Notes: a model not told the origin generated them from the letters alone. A stretch of 64,000 nucleotides of DNA from an uncultured Chloroflexia bacterium (GCA_963759135.1 CAVWXU010000010.1:32260-96259); one strand, 5' to 3'. Shown: positions 10,355 to 20,975, numbered from the stretch's first letter. A program made the numbers and translations.

Positions 10355-11935
10355 TCAGGCCACCGTCACCTGGACCTGGTCGTAGCCCGTCGCGCCGGCC
10401 GGCGATGGGCCGCCCGGCGTGGCCGTCTGCACCGTGCCCGTCCCGTCGGTGGCCCGGACCTGGATGGTGTGGCTTCCCGACGTGGCCTGCCAGCGGTAGA
10501 CCCATTGCACCCACGTCGCCTTCGAGATGGCGCGGCTCAGCATGGCCGCCTGCCAGGGGCCGTTGTCCACGCGGACCTCGACCCGCCCGACGCCGCGGTC
10601 GGGCGCCCACGCGACCCCGTCGACATCGACCGGCCCTGCGGCGACGCTGGCGCCCTCGGCGGGGTGGTCGATGCGCGACTGGGTCAGGATCGGGCCGTCC
10701 TTCGCCCACCCAAGCTGGATCCAGTACGCGTCGAAGGCCTCCCGGGTGGTCAGCTCGATCTCCGAGAGCCACTTGGTGGCGGATACGTAGCCGTACAGGC
10801 CGGGCACGATCAGGCGCGCCGGGTAGCCGTGCTCGGCCGGCAGCGGGACGCGGTTCATGCCGACCGCGATCATCGGCTCCCTGGCGGGGTCGAGCGCCCA
10901 CGCGGTGGGGAAGCCGACCGTGAACCCGTCGACCGCCCGGCCCACGATCTGCGTGGCGGCGGCGTGCACGCCGGCCTCGGCGAGGACCTGCTTGAGGTGG
11001 ACGCCGGTCCAGAGCGTGTTGCTGATGAGGTTCCCGCCCACGTCGTTGCTCACGCACGAGAGGGTCACATACTGCTCGAAGAGGGGCAGCGCGAGCAGCT
11101 CGTCGTAGGTGAACGTCAGGGGATGGTCGACCATGCCGGTCACCCGGAGCTGCCAGGTGGAGGCGTCCACCTGCGGCACGAGGAGTTCGGTGTCGATCCG
11201 GTAGAACTGATCGTTCGGCGTGACGATCGGCGTGATCCCGGGCGCCGCCAGCGAGTCGCCTGCAACCAGCGGCTGCGCCACCTCGGTGGGCACCGGCAGG
11301 GTCGCCGACACGGGCGCGCCGGAGGGATGCTGGCGCTCGAGGAGGACCCGACCGAACGCCCCGGCGACCACGGCGCCGCCCAGGAAGCCTCCCGAGCGAA
11401 GGAGGAACCGTCGGCGGTTCCAGTCGGGCATCGAAGCGACAGGATCGGGCGGCGCGACGGCCGCGCGGCGCAGGACCATCGGGCGCAGGAATCCGGCGTC
11501 GGCGAGCAGGACCCGCAGCGTGACGACTCCCACTGCCGTGGCCACGACCGCGCTGACCGCCGCCAGTGGTGCCGAATTGAGCGGCTGGACGACCGCGGCC
11601 ACCAGCGCCGCGAACCCGAAGCCCAGCAGGATCCGCCACGCGGTGCCGAAGCTCCGGCGGCCGAGGATGCCGGCGACGGCGCCCACCAGGAGCGCCACCG
11701 CCACGACGGCGACGTTCAGCGCCGTCTTGTCGTTCGTGCCGAAGAGCGTCGTCATGACGTCCTTCGCGCCGGGGGGCTGGAGGGCGATGACCAGGCTCCC
11801 GACGGCGACGACGAGTGACGGGGCGCCCGGAACGATGCCGGCGATCAGCTCGCTGGCGCCGACGCCGGCGGCGCCGGCAACGGCGCCAGCCGCCGCGGCG
11901 CGCCCCAGGCTCGTGGTACGGGACAGAGCTGGCAT
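10355..11935 (-). CDS. molybdopterin-dependent oxidoreductase (sulfite-oxidase fold) with N-terminal polytopic membrane domain
   Basis: 526 aa. About 5-6 TM helices are followed by TPNDQFYRID, a Moco-binding core (SCVSN, HGYPARLIVPGLYG) and a C-terminal Ig-like dimerisation domain. Confidence 0.9.
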   Translation of the reverse strand: MPALSRTTSLGRAAAAGAVAGAAGVGASELIAGIVPGAPSLVVAVGSLVIALQPPGAKDVMTTLFGTNDKTALNVAVVAVALLVGAVAGILGRRSFGTAWRILLGFGFAALVAAVVQPLNSAPLAAVSAVVATAVGVVTLRVLLADAGFLRPMVLRRAAVAPPDPVASMPDWNRRRFLLRSGGFLGGAVVAGAFGRVLLERQHPSGAPVSATLPVPTEVAQPLVAGDSLAAPGITPIVTPNDQFYRIDTELLVPQVDASTWQLRVTGMVDHPLTFTYDELLALPLFEQYVTLSCVSNDVGGNLISNTLWTGVHLKQVLAEAGVHAAATQIVGRAVDGFTVGFPTAWALDPAREPMIAVGMNRVPLPAEHGYPARLIVPGLYGYVSATKWLSEIELTTREAFDAYWIQLGWAKDGPILTQSRIDHPAEGASVAAGPVDVDGVAWAPDRGVGRVEVRVDNGPWQAAMLSRAISKATWVQWVYRWQATSGSHTIQVRATDGTGTVQTATPGGPSPAGATGYDQVQVTVA

Positions 11936-12062
11936 CGAGGCTCAGAGGCTCTCTTCAGGTGCGCTGTCGAGATGGGATGACGGTCGAGATGTCGGAGTGT
12001 CCCATATCCGTCCGAATCGGCCACCGATGGTCGCCTTCGCCCGATCCTCGCGCGCCTCGATG
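11933..12062 (-). promoter_or_regulatory. candidate structured mRNA leader: 9-bp helix pairing an upstream segment with the start codon
   Basis: In the minus-strand RNA, CAUCGAGGC (12062-12054) is the exact complement of GCCUCGAUG (11941-11933). The latter contains the ATG of the molybdoenzyme gene. Confidence 0.3.
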
Positions 12063-12215
12063 ACTCGACGATGACGGTCGCGTGACGATCCGGTGACGGA
12101 GGCGCCGGATCCGGAGGGGCGGCGGGATGCGAGCACGAGCAAGGCCGGGGGCGCGGCGGCCGCAGCGGGCGCTGCGCGGATCTCGTCCAGGCGACCTGCG
12201 CCCCGGACCCGTAGG

Positions 12216-13471
12216 ATGCGCGCCATGCTGCCCGTCTTCGCCGTCGCGATGCATGGTGCCCTCGCGGAGGTCGACCTCGTGCGCGAGCTCCTGCCGGCCT
12301 GGATCCTGGGCTTCTGCGCCGGGATCCTGCTGTTCGGGCGCGGGCTCGTGGCCTACCGCCTGGGGTCGCGCGTGGCGACCATCGCGACGTCGCCGCTTGG
12401 CGGACTGGCGGCCGGGGAAGTGCGGGTCTCCGGGACCGTGGAACCGGGCACGACGATCCTGGTCTCCCCGCTGCAGAGCACTCGTTGCGTCTACTACCGC
12501 GCCCGGGTGACCGAGGAGCGCGGCCGGAACAGCCGGACCGTGCTGGACGACGAGCGATCCGTCAGCTTCCGGCTCCGGGACACCTCGGCAACCGTGGTGG
12601 TGCTGCCACGCGGAGCGCGGTGGGAACTCGACCCGCGCCTTGACGCCCGGTCAGACCTGTCCGGCGAGCCGCCGTCACTCGACCTGAACCGGGGTCCGGC
12701 CGAGGAGTTCGCTCCGGAGGACCGCGACGCGCAGGTCGCGCGCCTGCTCACCGTGCGCGGCGCCGAGGACGACAACGCGACGCTCTTCGAGCGGATGACC
12801 GGCGGATCCGGTCCTGGCGGGTTGGCGAACCTGCCCGGGGCCGGCGCGAGCCTGTCGCTCGGCGGCGGACGGCACTACGTCGAGTCGCGCGTCGAGCCCG
12901 GCGACGTCGTGACCATCGTGGCCGCGGCACTTCCGTATTCGATGGTCGGTTCGGACGTCGGGTCCGCGGACGAGAACCCGCTCGACGACCCCGAGATCGC
13001 AGTCGACCTGGCCGCGGCGCAATCGACGGGGACGCTTCGCGCCAGGCCGGAAGACGCGTGGGGCAATGCCGCTATCCCTGGGTTCGGCATCGGCCGGCCG
13101 GTGCGTACGCCCCTGCTGGACCCGGGAGCGGCTCCGGAGCCGGCCGCGCCTCCCGCCGGCCTCCCGCCGCGCGTCCCGCCGCGTCACCCCCTGCGGCATC
13201 CACCGTGTCACCCCCGGGACGGCCCGAGGCTCCCGGAATGGCATCGGGTGGGGAGGGGAGCGCGTCGCCCGACGCCGGGGCCCCGCTCGACTTCGCCATC
13301 GCCCCGGATGAGCTCGTGCTGGCCGCCGGCTCGACCGGGATGACCGTCTACGCCGGTACCCCTGTCGAGGCAGCCGGCTCCGAGACATCTCGCTTCTGGC
13401 AAGGAGTCGCCGGCGCCGCGCTCGCGGTGGCCTGCGCCGCGCTCATCGTGCTGCAGATCGGGGCGGGCTGA
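12216..13471 (+). pseudogene. GIDE-domain (MUL1/MULAN-like) membrane protein; needs one frame change near 13190-13215
   Basis: ORF 12093..13343 has an N-terminal TM, then GEVRVSGTVE...LVSPLQSTRCVYYRARVTEE, which is GIDE-like. The plausible C-terminus APLDFAIAPDELVLAAG...WQGVAGAALAVACAALIVLQIGAG (a TM helix) lies in the frame of ORF 13058..13471. The switch falls in a Pro-rich tract full of C runs. Confidence 0.6.
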
Positions 13472-13476
13472 CCACG

Positions 13477-14142
13477 GTGGGCGCCCTGGCGATCGTCGGC
13501 CTGGCGGCCGCGCTGCTCCTCGTTGCGGCATTCGTGGTCGCGGTCACCACCTACAACGGTGTCGTCGCGATGCAGCGCCGCGTGGACAAGGCCTGGGCGA
13601 ACGTCGACGTGGCGCTCAAGCAGCGCTACGACGAGCTGCCCAACCTCGTCGAGGCAGTGCGCGACGTGATGACGTATGAACGGGCGGTGCTCGAAGACGT
13701 CACCAACGCGCGCGCGGCGTATGCACCGGGCGCGTCGCTGCCGAACCAGGCGGCAGCGTCCGACGCGACGACCGCCGCCGTGCGCTCGCTGTTCGCGGTG
13801 GTCGAGCGCTACCCGCAGCTGCACGCCCAGGAGAACGTCCTGAGCCTTCAGGCGGAGATCGAGCGCCTCGAGGGCCTCATCGCCACGCGCCGCGAGTTCT
13901 TCAACGACAGCGTCTATCTCTACAACGCGACGATCCGGCAGCTGCCCGCCGTCCTGTTCGCCGGCGCGATGGGATGGCGGCCGCGCGACTTCTTCCGGGC
14001 GCCGGATGGGGCGCGGGACGAGGTTCCCGTCGCGCTGGATCGCCCCGGGCCCGCGCAGGAGGACGCCCCGGCGCGGACGACGGACGGAACCGAGAGAGCG
14101 GACGATGCCGGTGGCGGGACGCCCACGACGTCGCAGGGGTAG
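13477..14142 (+). CDS. LemA family protein
   Basis: N-terminal TM plus YNGVVAMQRRVDKAWANVDVALKQRYDELPNLVE and ERYPQLHAQENVLSLQAEI. The gene starts 6 nt after the GIDE-like gene stop. Confidence 0.9.
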   Translation: MGALAIVGLAAALLLVAAFVVAVTTYNGVVAMQRRVDKAWANVDVALKQRYDELPNLVEAVRDVMTYERAVLEDVTNARAAYAPGASLPNQAAASDATTAAVRSLFAVVERYPQLHAQENVLSLQAEIERLEGLIATRREFFNDSVYLYNATIRQLPAVLFAGAMGWRPRDFFRAPDGARDEVPVALDRPGPAQEDAPARTTDGTERADDAGGGTPTTSQG

Positions 14143-14263
14143 GCCCCAGGACGTCCTCGGATACCGGCATGCTGGCGCCGGTCGCGAGGCTGTTTGGCCC
14201 TTGAGGCGGCGCGTCGCGCAGCGTTGACTTCCCTTGTTTGTTCAGCTTCCTCAGGGGTGGGTG

Positions 14264-17026
14264 ATGGTTGACGTGTTCGCCGGCGACGTGGGCGCCGGGG
14301 CGGCCGTGGACAAGGCCAGCGATGTGCTCGGGTATGGCCGCCGGCCGCTCGACGCCCTCTTCCTTCCCCGGTCGGTCGCCGTGATCGGCGCAACCGAGAA
14401 GGAAGGGAGCGTCGGCCGCACCGTCCTCTGGAACCTCATCAGCAGCCCGTTCGGCGGCACGGTCTTCCCGATCAACCCGAAACGGCCCAACGTTCTCGGG
14501 TTGAAGGCATACCCGAGCCTGGCCGCGGTCCCCGACCCGGTCGAGCTCGCCGTGGTCGTCACGCCGCCCCAGAGCGTCCCGGGCGTGATGGACGAATGCG
14601 TCGCGTCGGGGGTGCGAGGGGTCATCGTCATCTCGGCCGGCTTCAAGGAGACCGGTCCCGACGGCGAGGAGCTCGAGCGCCAGGTCCTCGCGCGGGCGCG
14701 GGCCGGTGGCATCCGTGTGATCGGCCCCAACTGCCTCGGCGTCATGAACCCGATCGGCGGTCTCAACGCCACGTTCGCGGCCGGCATCGCGCGACCCGGT
14801 TCGGTGGGGTTGATCAGCCAGAGCGGTGCGCTTCTGACCGCCATCCTCGACTGGAGCATGCGCGAGCAGGTCGGCTTCAGCTCGGTCGTCTCCCTCGGCT
14901 CGATGCTCGACGTCGGCTGGGGCGATGTCATCTACCACCTGGGTGACGATCGAAACACCGGCAGCATCGTGATCTACATGGAGACGGTCGGCGACGCCCG
15001 CGCCTTCCTCTCGGCCGCACGCGAGGTCGCCCTCACGAAGCCCATCATCGTCATCAAGCCCGGACGCACCGCCCAGGCGGCCAAGGCGGCCGCGTCGCAC
15101 ACCGGGTCGTTGACCGGCAGCGACGAGGTGCTCGATGCGGCGTTCCGGCGCGTGGGCGTGCTCCGCGTGGACACCATCGAGGACCTCTTCGCCATCGCCG
15201 ACGTCCTCGCCAAGCAGCCCCGACCGAGGGGCCGGCGCCTCTCCATCCTGACCAATGCCGGCGGCCCGGGTGTCCTGGCCACCGACGCCCTGATCGGCGG
15301 CGGCGGACAGCTCACGGAGATCACCCCTGCGGCGATGGAGGCGTTCAACGCGATCCTGCCCGCGCCGTGGAGTCACAACAACCCGGTGGACATCATCGGC
15401 GACGCCCCGCCCGAGCGGTACGCCGCCGCGCTCGACATCGCAGCCGGCGACCCGGGCAGCGACGGGCTGATGGTCATCCTGACGCCCCAGGCCATGACCG
15501 ACCCGACGCGCACGGCCGAGCAGCTCGTCCCCTTCGCCCACATCGAGGGCAAACCGGTCCTGGCCAGCTGGATGGGTGGCGCCGATGTCGAGGCCGGCAC
15601 GGCGATCCTTCGCGCTGCCGGCATCCCGACGTTCCCCTACCCGGACGGCGCCGCCGAGATGTTCAACTACATGTGGCGCTACAGCGACAGCCTCCACGCG
15701 CTCTACGAGACGCCCACCATGCCGGACGACGAGGCGAGCTCCGTCAACCGGGCGGTGGCGCGCGACATCATCGATGGCGCCCGGCGCGAGGGCCGTACGC
15801 TGCTCACCGAGTTCGAGTCGAAGCAGGTCCTCTCCGCGTACGCGATACCGATCACGGAGACCCGCATCGCGCCGACCGAGGCCGAGGCGGTGGCGGCTGC
15901 CGAGGCGATCGGCTACCCGGTCGTCCTCAAGCTCCACTCGCACACGATCACCCACAAGACCGACGTCGGCGGCGTGCAGCTGAACCTCGTCGACGCCGAC
16001 GCCGTCCGCGCCGCGTACCACGCCATCCAGGCGGCCGTGGCAGAACGCAGGGGCGCCCGGCACTTCGAGGGCGTCACCGTCCAGCCCATGATCAACTACT
16101 CGGGCTACGAGCTGATCGTCGGCAGCTCGGTCGATGCGCAGTTCGGCCCGGTGCTGCTGTTCGGGATGGGCGGCCAGCTCGTCGAGCTGTTCCGCGACCG
16201 CGCCCTCGCGCTGCCGCCGCTCACCACCACCCTTGCCCGCCGCATGATCGAGCGAACCCGGATCTACGGCGCGTTTGCGGGAATCCGTGGGCGCCAGCCC
16301 ATCGACGTCGCCGCCCTGGAGCAGCTCCTGGTCCACTTCGGCCAGCTCGTCGTCGAGCAGCCCTGGATCAAGGAGATCGACATCAACCCGTTGCTCGCGT
16401 CCCCGGAGCGACTCATCGCCCTCGACGCGCGCGTCGTGCTCCACGAGCCTGACCTTCCAGAGGCGCAGCTGCCTCGGCTGGCCATCCGCCCGTACCCGCG
16501 CCAGTACGTCGGCACGTGGCGAAGCACCGACGGGACCGAGGTGACGATCCGGCCCATCCGGCCCGAGGACGAGCCGCTGATGGTGCGCTTCCACGGGGGC
16601 CTCTCCGAGCGCACCGTCTACGAGCGCTACCTGCGCGAGCTCGGCCTGGCCGAGCGCACGGGGCACGAGCGGCTCACGCGGGTCTGCTTCAACGACTACG
16701 ACCGGGAGATCGCGCTCGTCGTCGAGCGCGCGGCCGCCGGCGAGGAGCGCGAGATCGTGGCCGTCGGGCGCCTGAGCAAGCGGCACGCGCTCAACGGAGC
16801 CGAGTTTGCGATCGTGGTCGCCGACTGCTGCCAGCGCACCGGCCTGGGCACGGAGCTGCTCCGCCGGCTCGTCCAGATCGGACGGGACGAGGGCCTCGAC
16901 TGGATCGGCGCCGAGATGCTCGCCGACAACGTCGGCATGCGGCACACCGCCGAGAAGGCGGGCTTCACGCTTCGGCCCATCGCGGATGGGAGCCTCGTTC
17001 GAGCGGACCTGCGGCTGCGGGGGTGA
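14264..17026 (+). CDS. Pat-type bifunctional acetyl-CoA synthetase (NDP-forming)-like / GNAT protein acetyltransferase
   Basis: CoA-binding domain ([15 protein letters not shown]), succinyl-CoA-ligase-like flavodoxin domain, ATP-grasp domain and a C-terminal GNAT ([10 protein letters not shown]). I chose ATG 14264, which follows GGGGTGGG. Confidence 0.9.
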   Translation: MVDVFAGDVGAGAAVDKASDVLGYGRRPLDALFLPRSVAVIGATEKEGSVGRTVLWNLISSPFGGTVFPINPKRPNVLGLKAYPSLAAVPDPVELAVVVTPPQSVPGVMDECVASGVRGVIVISAGFKETGPDGEELERQVLARARAGGIRVIGPNCLGVMNPIGGLNATFAAGIARPGSVGLISQSGALLTAILDWSMREQVGFSSVVSLGSMLDVGWGDVIYHLGDDRNTGSIVIYMETVGDARAFLSAAREVALTKPIIVIKPGRTAQAAKAAASHTGSLTGSDEVLDAAFRRVGVLRVDTIEDLFAIADVLAKQPRPRGRRLSILTNAGGPGVLATDALIGGGGQLTEITPAAMEAFNAILPAPWSHNNPVDIIGDAPPERYAAALDIAAGDPGSDGLMVILTPQAMTDPTRTAEQLVPFAHIEGKPVLASWMGGADVEAGTAILRAAGIPTFPYPDGAAEMFNYMWRYSDSLHALYETPTMPDDEASSVNRAVARDIIDGARREGRTLLTEFESKQVLSAYAIPITETRIAPTEAEAVAAAEAIGYPVVLKLHSHTITHKTDVGGVQLNLVDADAVRAAYHAIQAAVAERRGARHFEGVTVQPMINYSGYELIVGSSVDAQFGPVLLFGMGGQLVELFRDRALALPPLTTTLARRMIERTRIYGAFAGIRGRQPIDVAALEQLLVHFGQLVVEQPWIKEIDINPLLASPERLIALDARVVLHEPDLPEAQLPRLAIRPYPRQYVGTWRSTDGTEVTIRPIRPEDEPLMVRFHGGLSERTVYERYLRELGLAERTGHERLTRVCFNDYDREIALVVERAAAGEEREIVAVGRLSKRHALNGAEFAIVVADCCQRTGLGTELLRRLVQIGRDEGLDWIGAEMLADNVGMRHTAEKAGFTLRPIADGSLVRADLRLRG

Positions 17027-17157
17027 GGCCCGGTGCGACGCCGGGCGCGGCGTCGCACTGCCGCGGGCGTGGGAAAGGCGTGGGGTCGGGCGCGGCATGC
17101 GCGCTGCCGCGGGCATGGGGTCGGGCGTGGCGCCGGGCGTCCCCGGCACCGGCGGGG

Positions 17158-18564
17158 TCACTGGCGGCCGTCGTACCCCAGCTCGGCGGCGGTCACGACG
17201 CGCGTGACGTCCGACCATGCACCTGTCACGGGGAGTCGTGCCGCGGCCACAAGGCGGGTTCCGCCCGACGCAATGAACAGCGCTGCGAACACCGGGAAAC
17301 CCACGGGCGCCACCGACAGCAGCGCGGCGCCGGCGACCTGGCCGGCCGCGGTGGCGGCCGCCGTGGCCCCCACGAACCGGCCCTGCTGCGTGAACACGGT
17401 CGGCCCCGACACGAGACGGAACAGCCGCTCGTTGGTCGCGATCTGGACCAGCGCCCCGCATGCGCTGACCAGGACGGCCACGGCCATGAAGCAGAGCAGC
17501 GCGGCCTCGTTCTCCGGGAAGCTGGCCAGGGCCAGCAGCCAGCCGCCGCCCAGGCCGAGATAGGAGAGGCGCAGGAGCCGCGACGACGAGTGGCGCGCGA
17601 GGAGCCCGGCGCCGAGTGTCGCCGCCGCGACTGCGGCCGCCGACGTCAGCGCCGAGAGTGCCACCGCCGCCGATGCCGTGGCATGGAGGACGCTGATGAT
17701 GTACACGGCGTAGTACGGCGCAAGCCCGGAGCCGAGGCTCGCCAGCGCCGCGACGCCCATGAAGCTGGTCCAGCCGGGCGGTTGCGGGTCCGTTCTCGCG
17801 AGACGTGCCACCCGTACGCGACCGGGACGCGGCAGCGCGGCGAGCGCCGACAGTTCGATGACGCCTGCCAGGCCGCCCACGAAGAACGGGGCGGCGTACA
17901 CGACCAGCCCGTACGTGCGCACCGCCGGATCGAGGACGACCGCGATCCCCGCCAGCAGCACGGCGCTGACGCCAAGGCCGAGCCCGACAACCCGCGGGGC
18001 GACGAAGCGGCGCTCGTCCTGCGGCAGTGTCGCCGCGAACCAGGCCTGCAGGTTGGCCCCGGTGATCCCCGAGAAGACGCCGAGGGCCGCGGTGGCGAGG
18101 ACGAGCCCCACGACCAGCACGGCGTGGTTGGCTCCGCCGGCGGCACCGACGACGGTGAGCACGGCGAGCCACAGGCCGCGCGTCTCTCCCGCGGCCGCGG
18201 CCAACAAGGTGACCCGGCGGAGGTTGCCGGCGTCGCGCCGGAGCAGGCCGGGCATGGCCAGCTGCGCGGCCGGCCCGATCAGCGCGAGCGACGCCACGAG
18301 CGTGGTCAGCCCGGGCCCCAGCCCGAGCGTGAGCAGCAAGGGGATCGACAGCGCGGTGCCGGAGAGCGCCAGTACCGCGCCCTGGGTGAGCCCGACGACG
18401 AGATACGTCCGGTACGACGGGCCCGCGAACGTTCCCCAGTCGCGGGCGAGTCGCGCGAGGCCGGCTCCGCGCCGCCGCGGGCGATCCGGAGCGCGAGACT
18501 GAGACGACACGTACGACCTCGGAGCGGCACGGAGGCGATCGCGGAGGGGCAGCCGGTCCCGCAT
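17158..18564 (-). CDS. MFS transporter
   Basis: 468 aa, about 12 TM helices, convergent with the acetyltransferase gene. Confidence 0.75.
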   Translation of the reverse strand: MRDRLPLRDRLRAAPRSYVSSQSRAPDRPRRRGAGLARLARDWGTFAGPSYRTYLVVGLTQGAVLALSGTALSIPLLLTLGLGPGLTTLVASLALIGPAAQLAMPGLLRRDAGNLRRVTLLAAAAGETRGLWLAVLTVVGAAGGANHAVLVVGLVLATAALGVFSGITGANLQAWFAATLPQDERRFVAPRVVGLGLGVSAVLLAGIAVVLDPAVRTYGLVVYAAPFFVGGLAGVIELSALAALPRPGRVRVARLARTDPQPPGWTSFMGVAALASLGSGLAPYYAVYIISVLHATASAAVALSALTSAAAVAAATLGAGLLARHSSSRLLRLSYLGLGGGWLLALASFPENEAALLCFMAVAVLVSACGALVQIATNERLFRLVSGPTVFTQQGRFVGATAAATAAGQVAGAALLSVAPVGFPVFAALFIASGGTRLVAAARLPVTGAWSDVTRVVTAAELGYDGRQ

Positions 18565-18729
18565 GGACGTGCGACCCGCCGACCGGCGGGGCTGCCCCGG
18601 CGGAACCTCGGGCGTCGAACTGCCCCAGCCTACCAGAGCGCGCGGGGCGCCCCCTCATCGGATGCAGGGAACCGTTCGGGATCGCCGGCCGTCTGACCAC
18701 CGATCGTCCCAGCTTGCAGGAGAGAGCAC

Positions 18730-19509
18730 ATGTCCAGTACTCGTTCCGTCATCGTCGGCCGGACGGCCGCCGTCGCCGCAGTGGCCGTCCTCGGCCTGGT
18801 CGCGCTGGGTCCCGCACTCGCGAGCTCACCGCGAGCGGCGGGCCAGGTCATCACCACTGGCCAGTCCGGGAACAGCGCCATCCAGCCGGGCATCACGGTC
18901 GAGGGTTCAGGCATCGTCACCGTTGCGCCGGACGAGGCGATCCTCAGCGTGGGTGTTCTGGAACAGGCCTCCACGGCGTCCGCGGCGCAACAGGCGGCGA
19001 GTGCCGCCATGACCAAAGTGATCGCGGCGGTCAAGGGAGCCGGCGTGGCGGACGCCGACCTGGCCACCCAGTGGATCTCGTTGCAGCCCCAGTACGACAA
19101 CGGCCCGAACGGGAACGGCCCGACCAGGGTGACCGGCTATCAGGCCGGCCAGTCGCTCCAGGTCACCGTGCGCAATCTCGACCAGACCGGACCCGTCATC
19201 GATGCCGCCGTAGGCGCGGGCGCCAACCAGGTGGGCGGCGTGAGCTTCTCGCTGGCCAACCCGGCCGCCGTTGCCACCCAGGCACGCGCGGCAGCGGTGG
19301 CCGACGCGCAGCAGCGTGCGCGGACGCTCGCGCAGGCCGCCGGGGTCACGCTCGGCGCTGCGATCTCCATCACCGAGTTGAACGCGCCCGGTCCCGTGCC
19401 CGTGGCTGCCGCGGCCCCGGCAGCGGGCATGGCCATCTCGACCCCGGTCCAGGCCGGCACGACGCAGGTCGAGGTCGACGTGCAGGTCACGTTCGCGATC
19501 GGCAGCTGA
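18730..19509 (+). CDS. SIMPL (DUF541) domain protein, secreted
   Basis: Signal peptide, then ITVEGSGIVTVAPDEA ... GYQAGQSLQVTVRNLDQ ... PVQAGTTQVEVDVQVTF. Confidence 0.85.
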   Translation: MSSTRSVIVGRTAAVAAVAVLGLVALGPALASSPRAAGQVITTGQSGNSAIQPGITVEGSGIVTVAPDEAILSVGVLEQASTASAAQQAASAAMTKVIAAVKGAGVADADLATQWISLQPQYDNGPNGNGPTRVTGYQAGQSLQVTVRNLDQTGPVIDAAVGAGANQVGGVSFSLANPAAVATQARAAAVADAQQRARTLAQAAGVTLGAAISITELNAPGPVPVAAAAPAAGMAISTPVQAGTTQVEVDVQVTFAIGS

Positions 19510-19519
19510 GCGGGGCGGT

Positions 19520-19557
19520 GCGAAGGAGGAGGTGCCAGCCCGCACCGCCTCCTTCGC
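19520..19557 (+). terminator. hairpin downstream of the SIMPL gene
   Basis: GCGAAGGAGGAGGTGC-cagccc-GCACCGCCTCCTTCGC: a 16-bp stem with one mismatch, followed by TTG. Confidence 0.5.
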
Positions 19558-19647
19558 TTGCCCGTTGACATCCCCTGGGTGGGGCGCAGAATCCAGGCCG
19601 ACCGAGGAGGCAACCTGTCACCCTGAAGACACCTCGGAGGTCTCATG

Positions 19648-19673
19648 GACGCCGGCCGGCAACGGCCGGCGTC
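19648..19673 (-). terminator. perfect 11-bp hairpin with a 4-nt loop downstream of the SRPBCC gene
   Basis: GACGCCGGCCG-gcaa-CGGCCGGCGTC lies 18 nt beyond the alternate-frame TGA at 19693-19691. Confidence 0.45.
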
Positions 19674-19690
19674 TTCTGTCCCTTCGCGCG

Positions 19691-20084
19691 TCACGCGTTT
19701 CCCGAAGAACGCCCGCATGGGTGCGAAGTAGTAGTCCCGCCACCCCTGCTCGTACCCGCTCTGGCCGTCCGGGATGTCGGTGTGGCGAAGGGTGAGCAGG
19801 GTCCCCGACCCGGCCGGCTCGAGGAGCACTTCGATACGGGAGTCCTGGTCGGCCGTGCCGAAATCGGTCGTTCTCCAGGACTGGACGATCCGCCGCCCCG
19901 ACTCGAGCTCGAGGGTCACGCCGGTGATGTAGCCGTCCCCGGCCCGAAAGGCACCCCCAACTCGCGGGTCGATCTCGGCCGCGGCGCCCGTCATCGCGGC
20001 GTGCCCGCCGCTCGACATCCAGGCCTCGAAGACCGCGTCTGGACGCGCGGGGATGGTGTCCCAGACGATGAAGCCGTATGCCAT
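19691..20084 (-). pseudogene. SRPBCC/AHSA1-like protein whose stop codon is lost by an apparent 1-nt insertion
   Basis: ATG 20084 follows GGAAGGAG. The sequence MAYGFIVWDTIPARPDAVFEAWMSS...GYEQGWRDYYFAPMRAFFG is a full-length domain. As given, the frame runs on to 19140, antisense through the SIMPL gene. Removing one base from the AAA run (19698-19700) gives ...FFGNA-TGA at 19691. Confidence 0.65.
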
Positions 20085-20225
20085 CGCGTCGCTCCTTCCA
20101 GGCCAAACGCCAGCTCCGCGCCGGCCGCGGGCTGCGCGACGGCAGACGGCGACCGGCGTGCCGTCCTCCGACCCGCAAGGCTGCGGCATACTGGCACCGA
20201 ATCGCAACCGCTGAGGCCCGCTTGC

Positions 20226-20873
20226 GTGTACGTGCCCGCTCACTTCCGACCTGCCGACGCCGCCATCCGCGAACTCCTGGCCCGCTGTGGCGCCGCGGAC
20301 CTGGTCACCGCTACGGCACGGGGGCTGCTTGGGACGCTGCTGCCCTTCACGTACGACGGGCCCGGCAGCCGGCCCGACGCCGGAGCATGGGGCGCCCTGC
20401 TGGGCCACCTCGCCCGCAACAACGAGCAGTGGCGCGAACCGGCACAGGGCGACGCGCTCGTGATCGTCCGGGGTCCCGACGCCTACATCTCGCCGGCCTG
20501 GTATGCGTCGAAACGAGAGCACGGCCGCGTGGTGCCGACGTGGAACTACGTGACCGCTCACGTCTACGGCCGGCTGGTCGTTCACGACGACGCCGCCTGG
20601 GTCGAGGCGCTCGTTCGGCGGCTCACCGCGGAGCACGAGGCCCGGCGCTCGGAGCCGTGGTCGGTTGACGACGCTCCGACGGACTACATTGCCGCGGAGC
20701 TCCGCGCGATCGTCGGCGTCGAAGTGCTGATCGATCGAGTGGAGGGCAAGTTCAAGCTGAACCAGAACCGGTCCGACGCCGATGTCGAGGGCGTCATCGC
20801 CGGGCTCGAGACCGCCGGAGAGGGCGAACTGGCCGATACGATGCGGCGCGTCCGCCACCGGCCGCCCTGGTAG
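20226..20873 (+). CDS. PaiB-family FMN-binding protein (putative negative transcriptional regulator)
   Basis: GTG 20226. Sequence VYVPAHFRP ... ISPAWYASK ... VPTWNYVTAHVYG ... GKFKLNQNRS. Confidence 0.85.
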   Translation: MYVPAHFRPADAAIRELLARCGAADLVTATARGLLGTLLPFTYDGPGSRPDAGAWGALLGHLARNNEQWREPAQGDALVIVRGPDAYISPAWYASKREHGRVVPTWNYVTAHVYGRLVVHDDAAWVEALVRRLTAEHEARRSEPWSVDDAPTDYIAAELRAIVGVEVLIDRVEGKFKLNQNRSDADVEGVIAGLETAGEGELADTMRRVRHRPPW

Positions 20874-20975
20874 ACGCCGGCCCAGGCGGGACGCGCGCCA
20901 CGACAACGGACGTCACCGCCTCGCCCCTGCCCGCGACGCCACCGCCGCTCCAGGGCGCTCGGCGCCTCCCGCCGC

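Noticed and set aside
9738-11639. 633-aa minus-strand ORF
   Set aside because: Only its last 165 codons (from MRRRQIAGLG at 10232) are real, and they are the lactonase N-terminus. The remainder is an alternate frame of the molybdoenzyme gene.
13901-18700. 1599-aa minus-strand ORF, the longest in the track
   Set aside because: Its composition is Arg/Gly/Pro/Ala-rich junk. It lies antisense or out of frame to three domain-supported genes (LemA, the 921-aa acetyltransferase and the MFS transporter). This is the typical stop-free shadow frame of GC-rich DNA.
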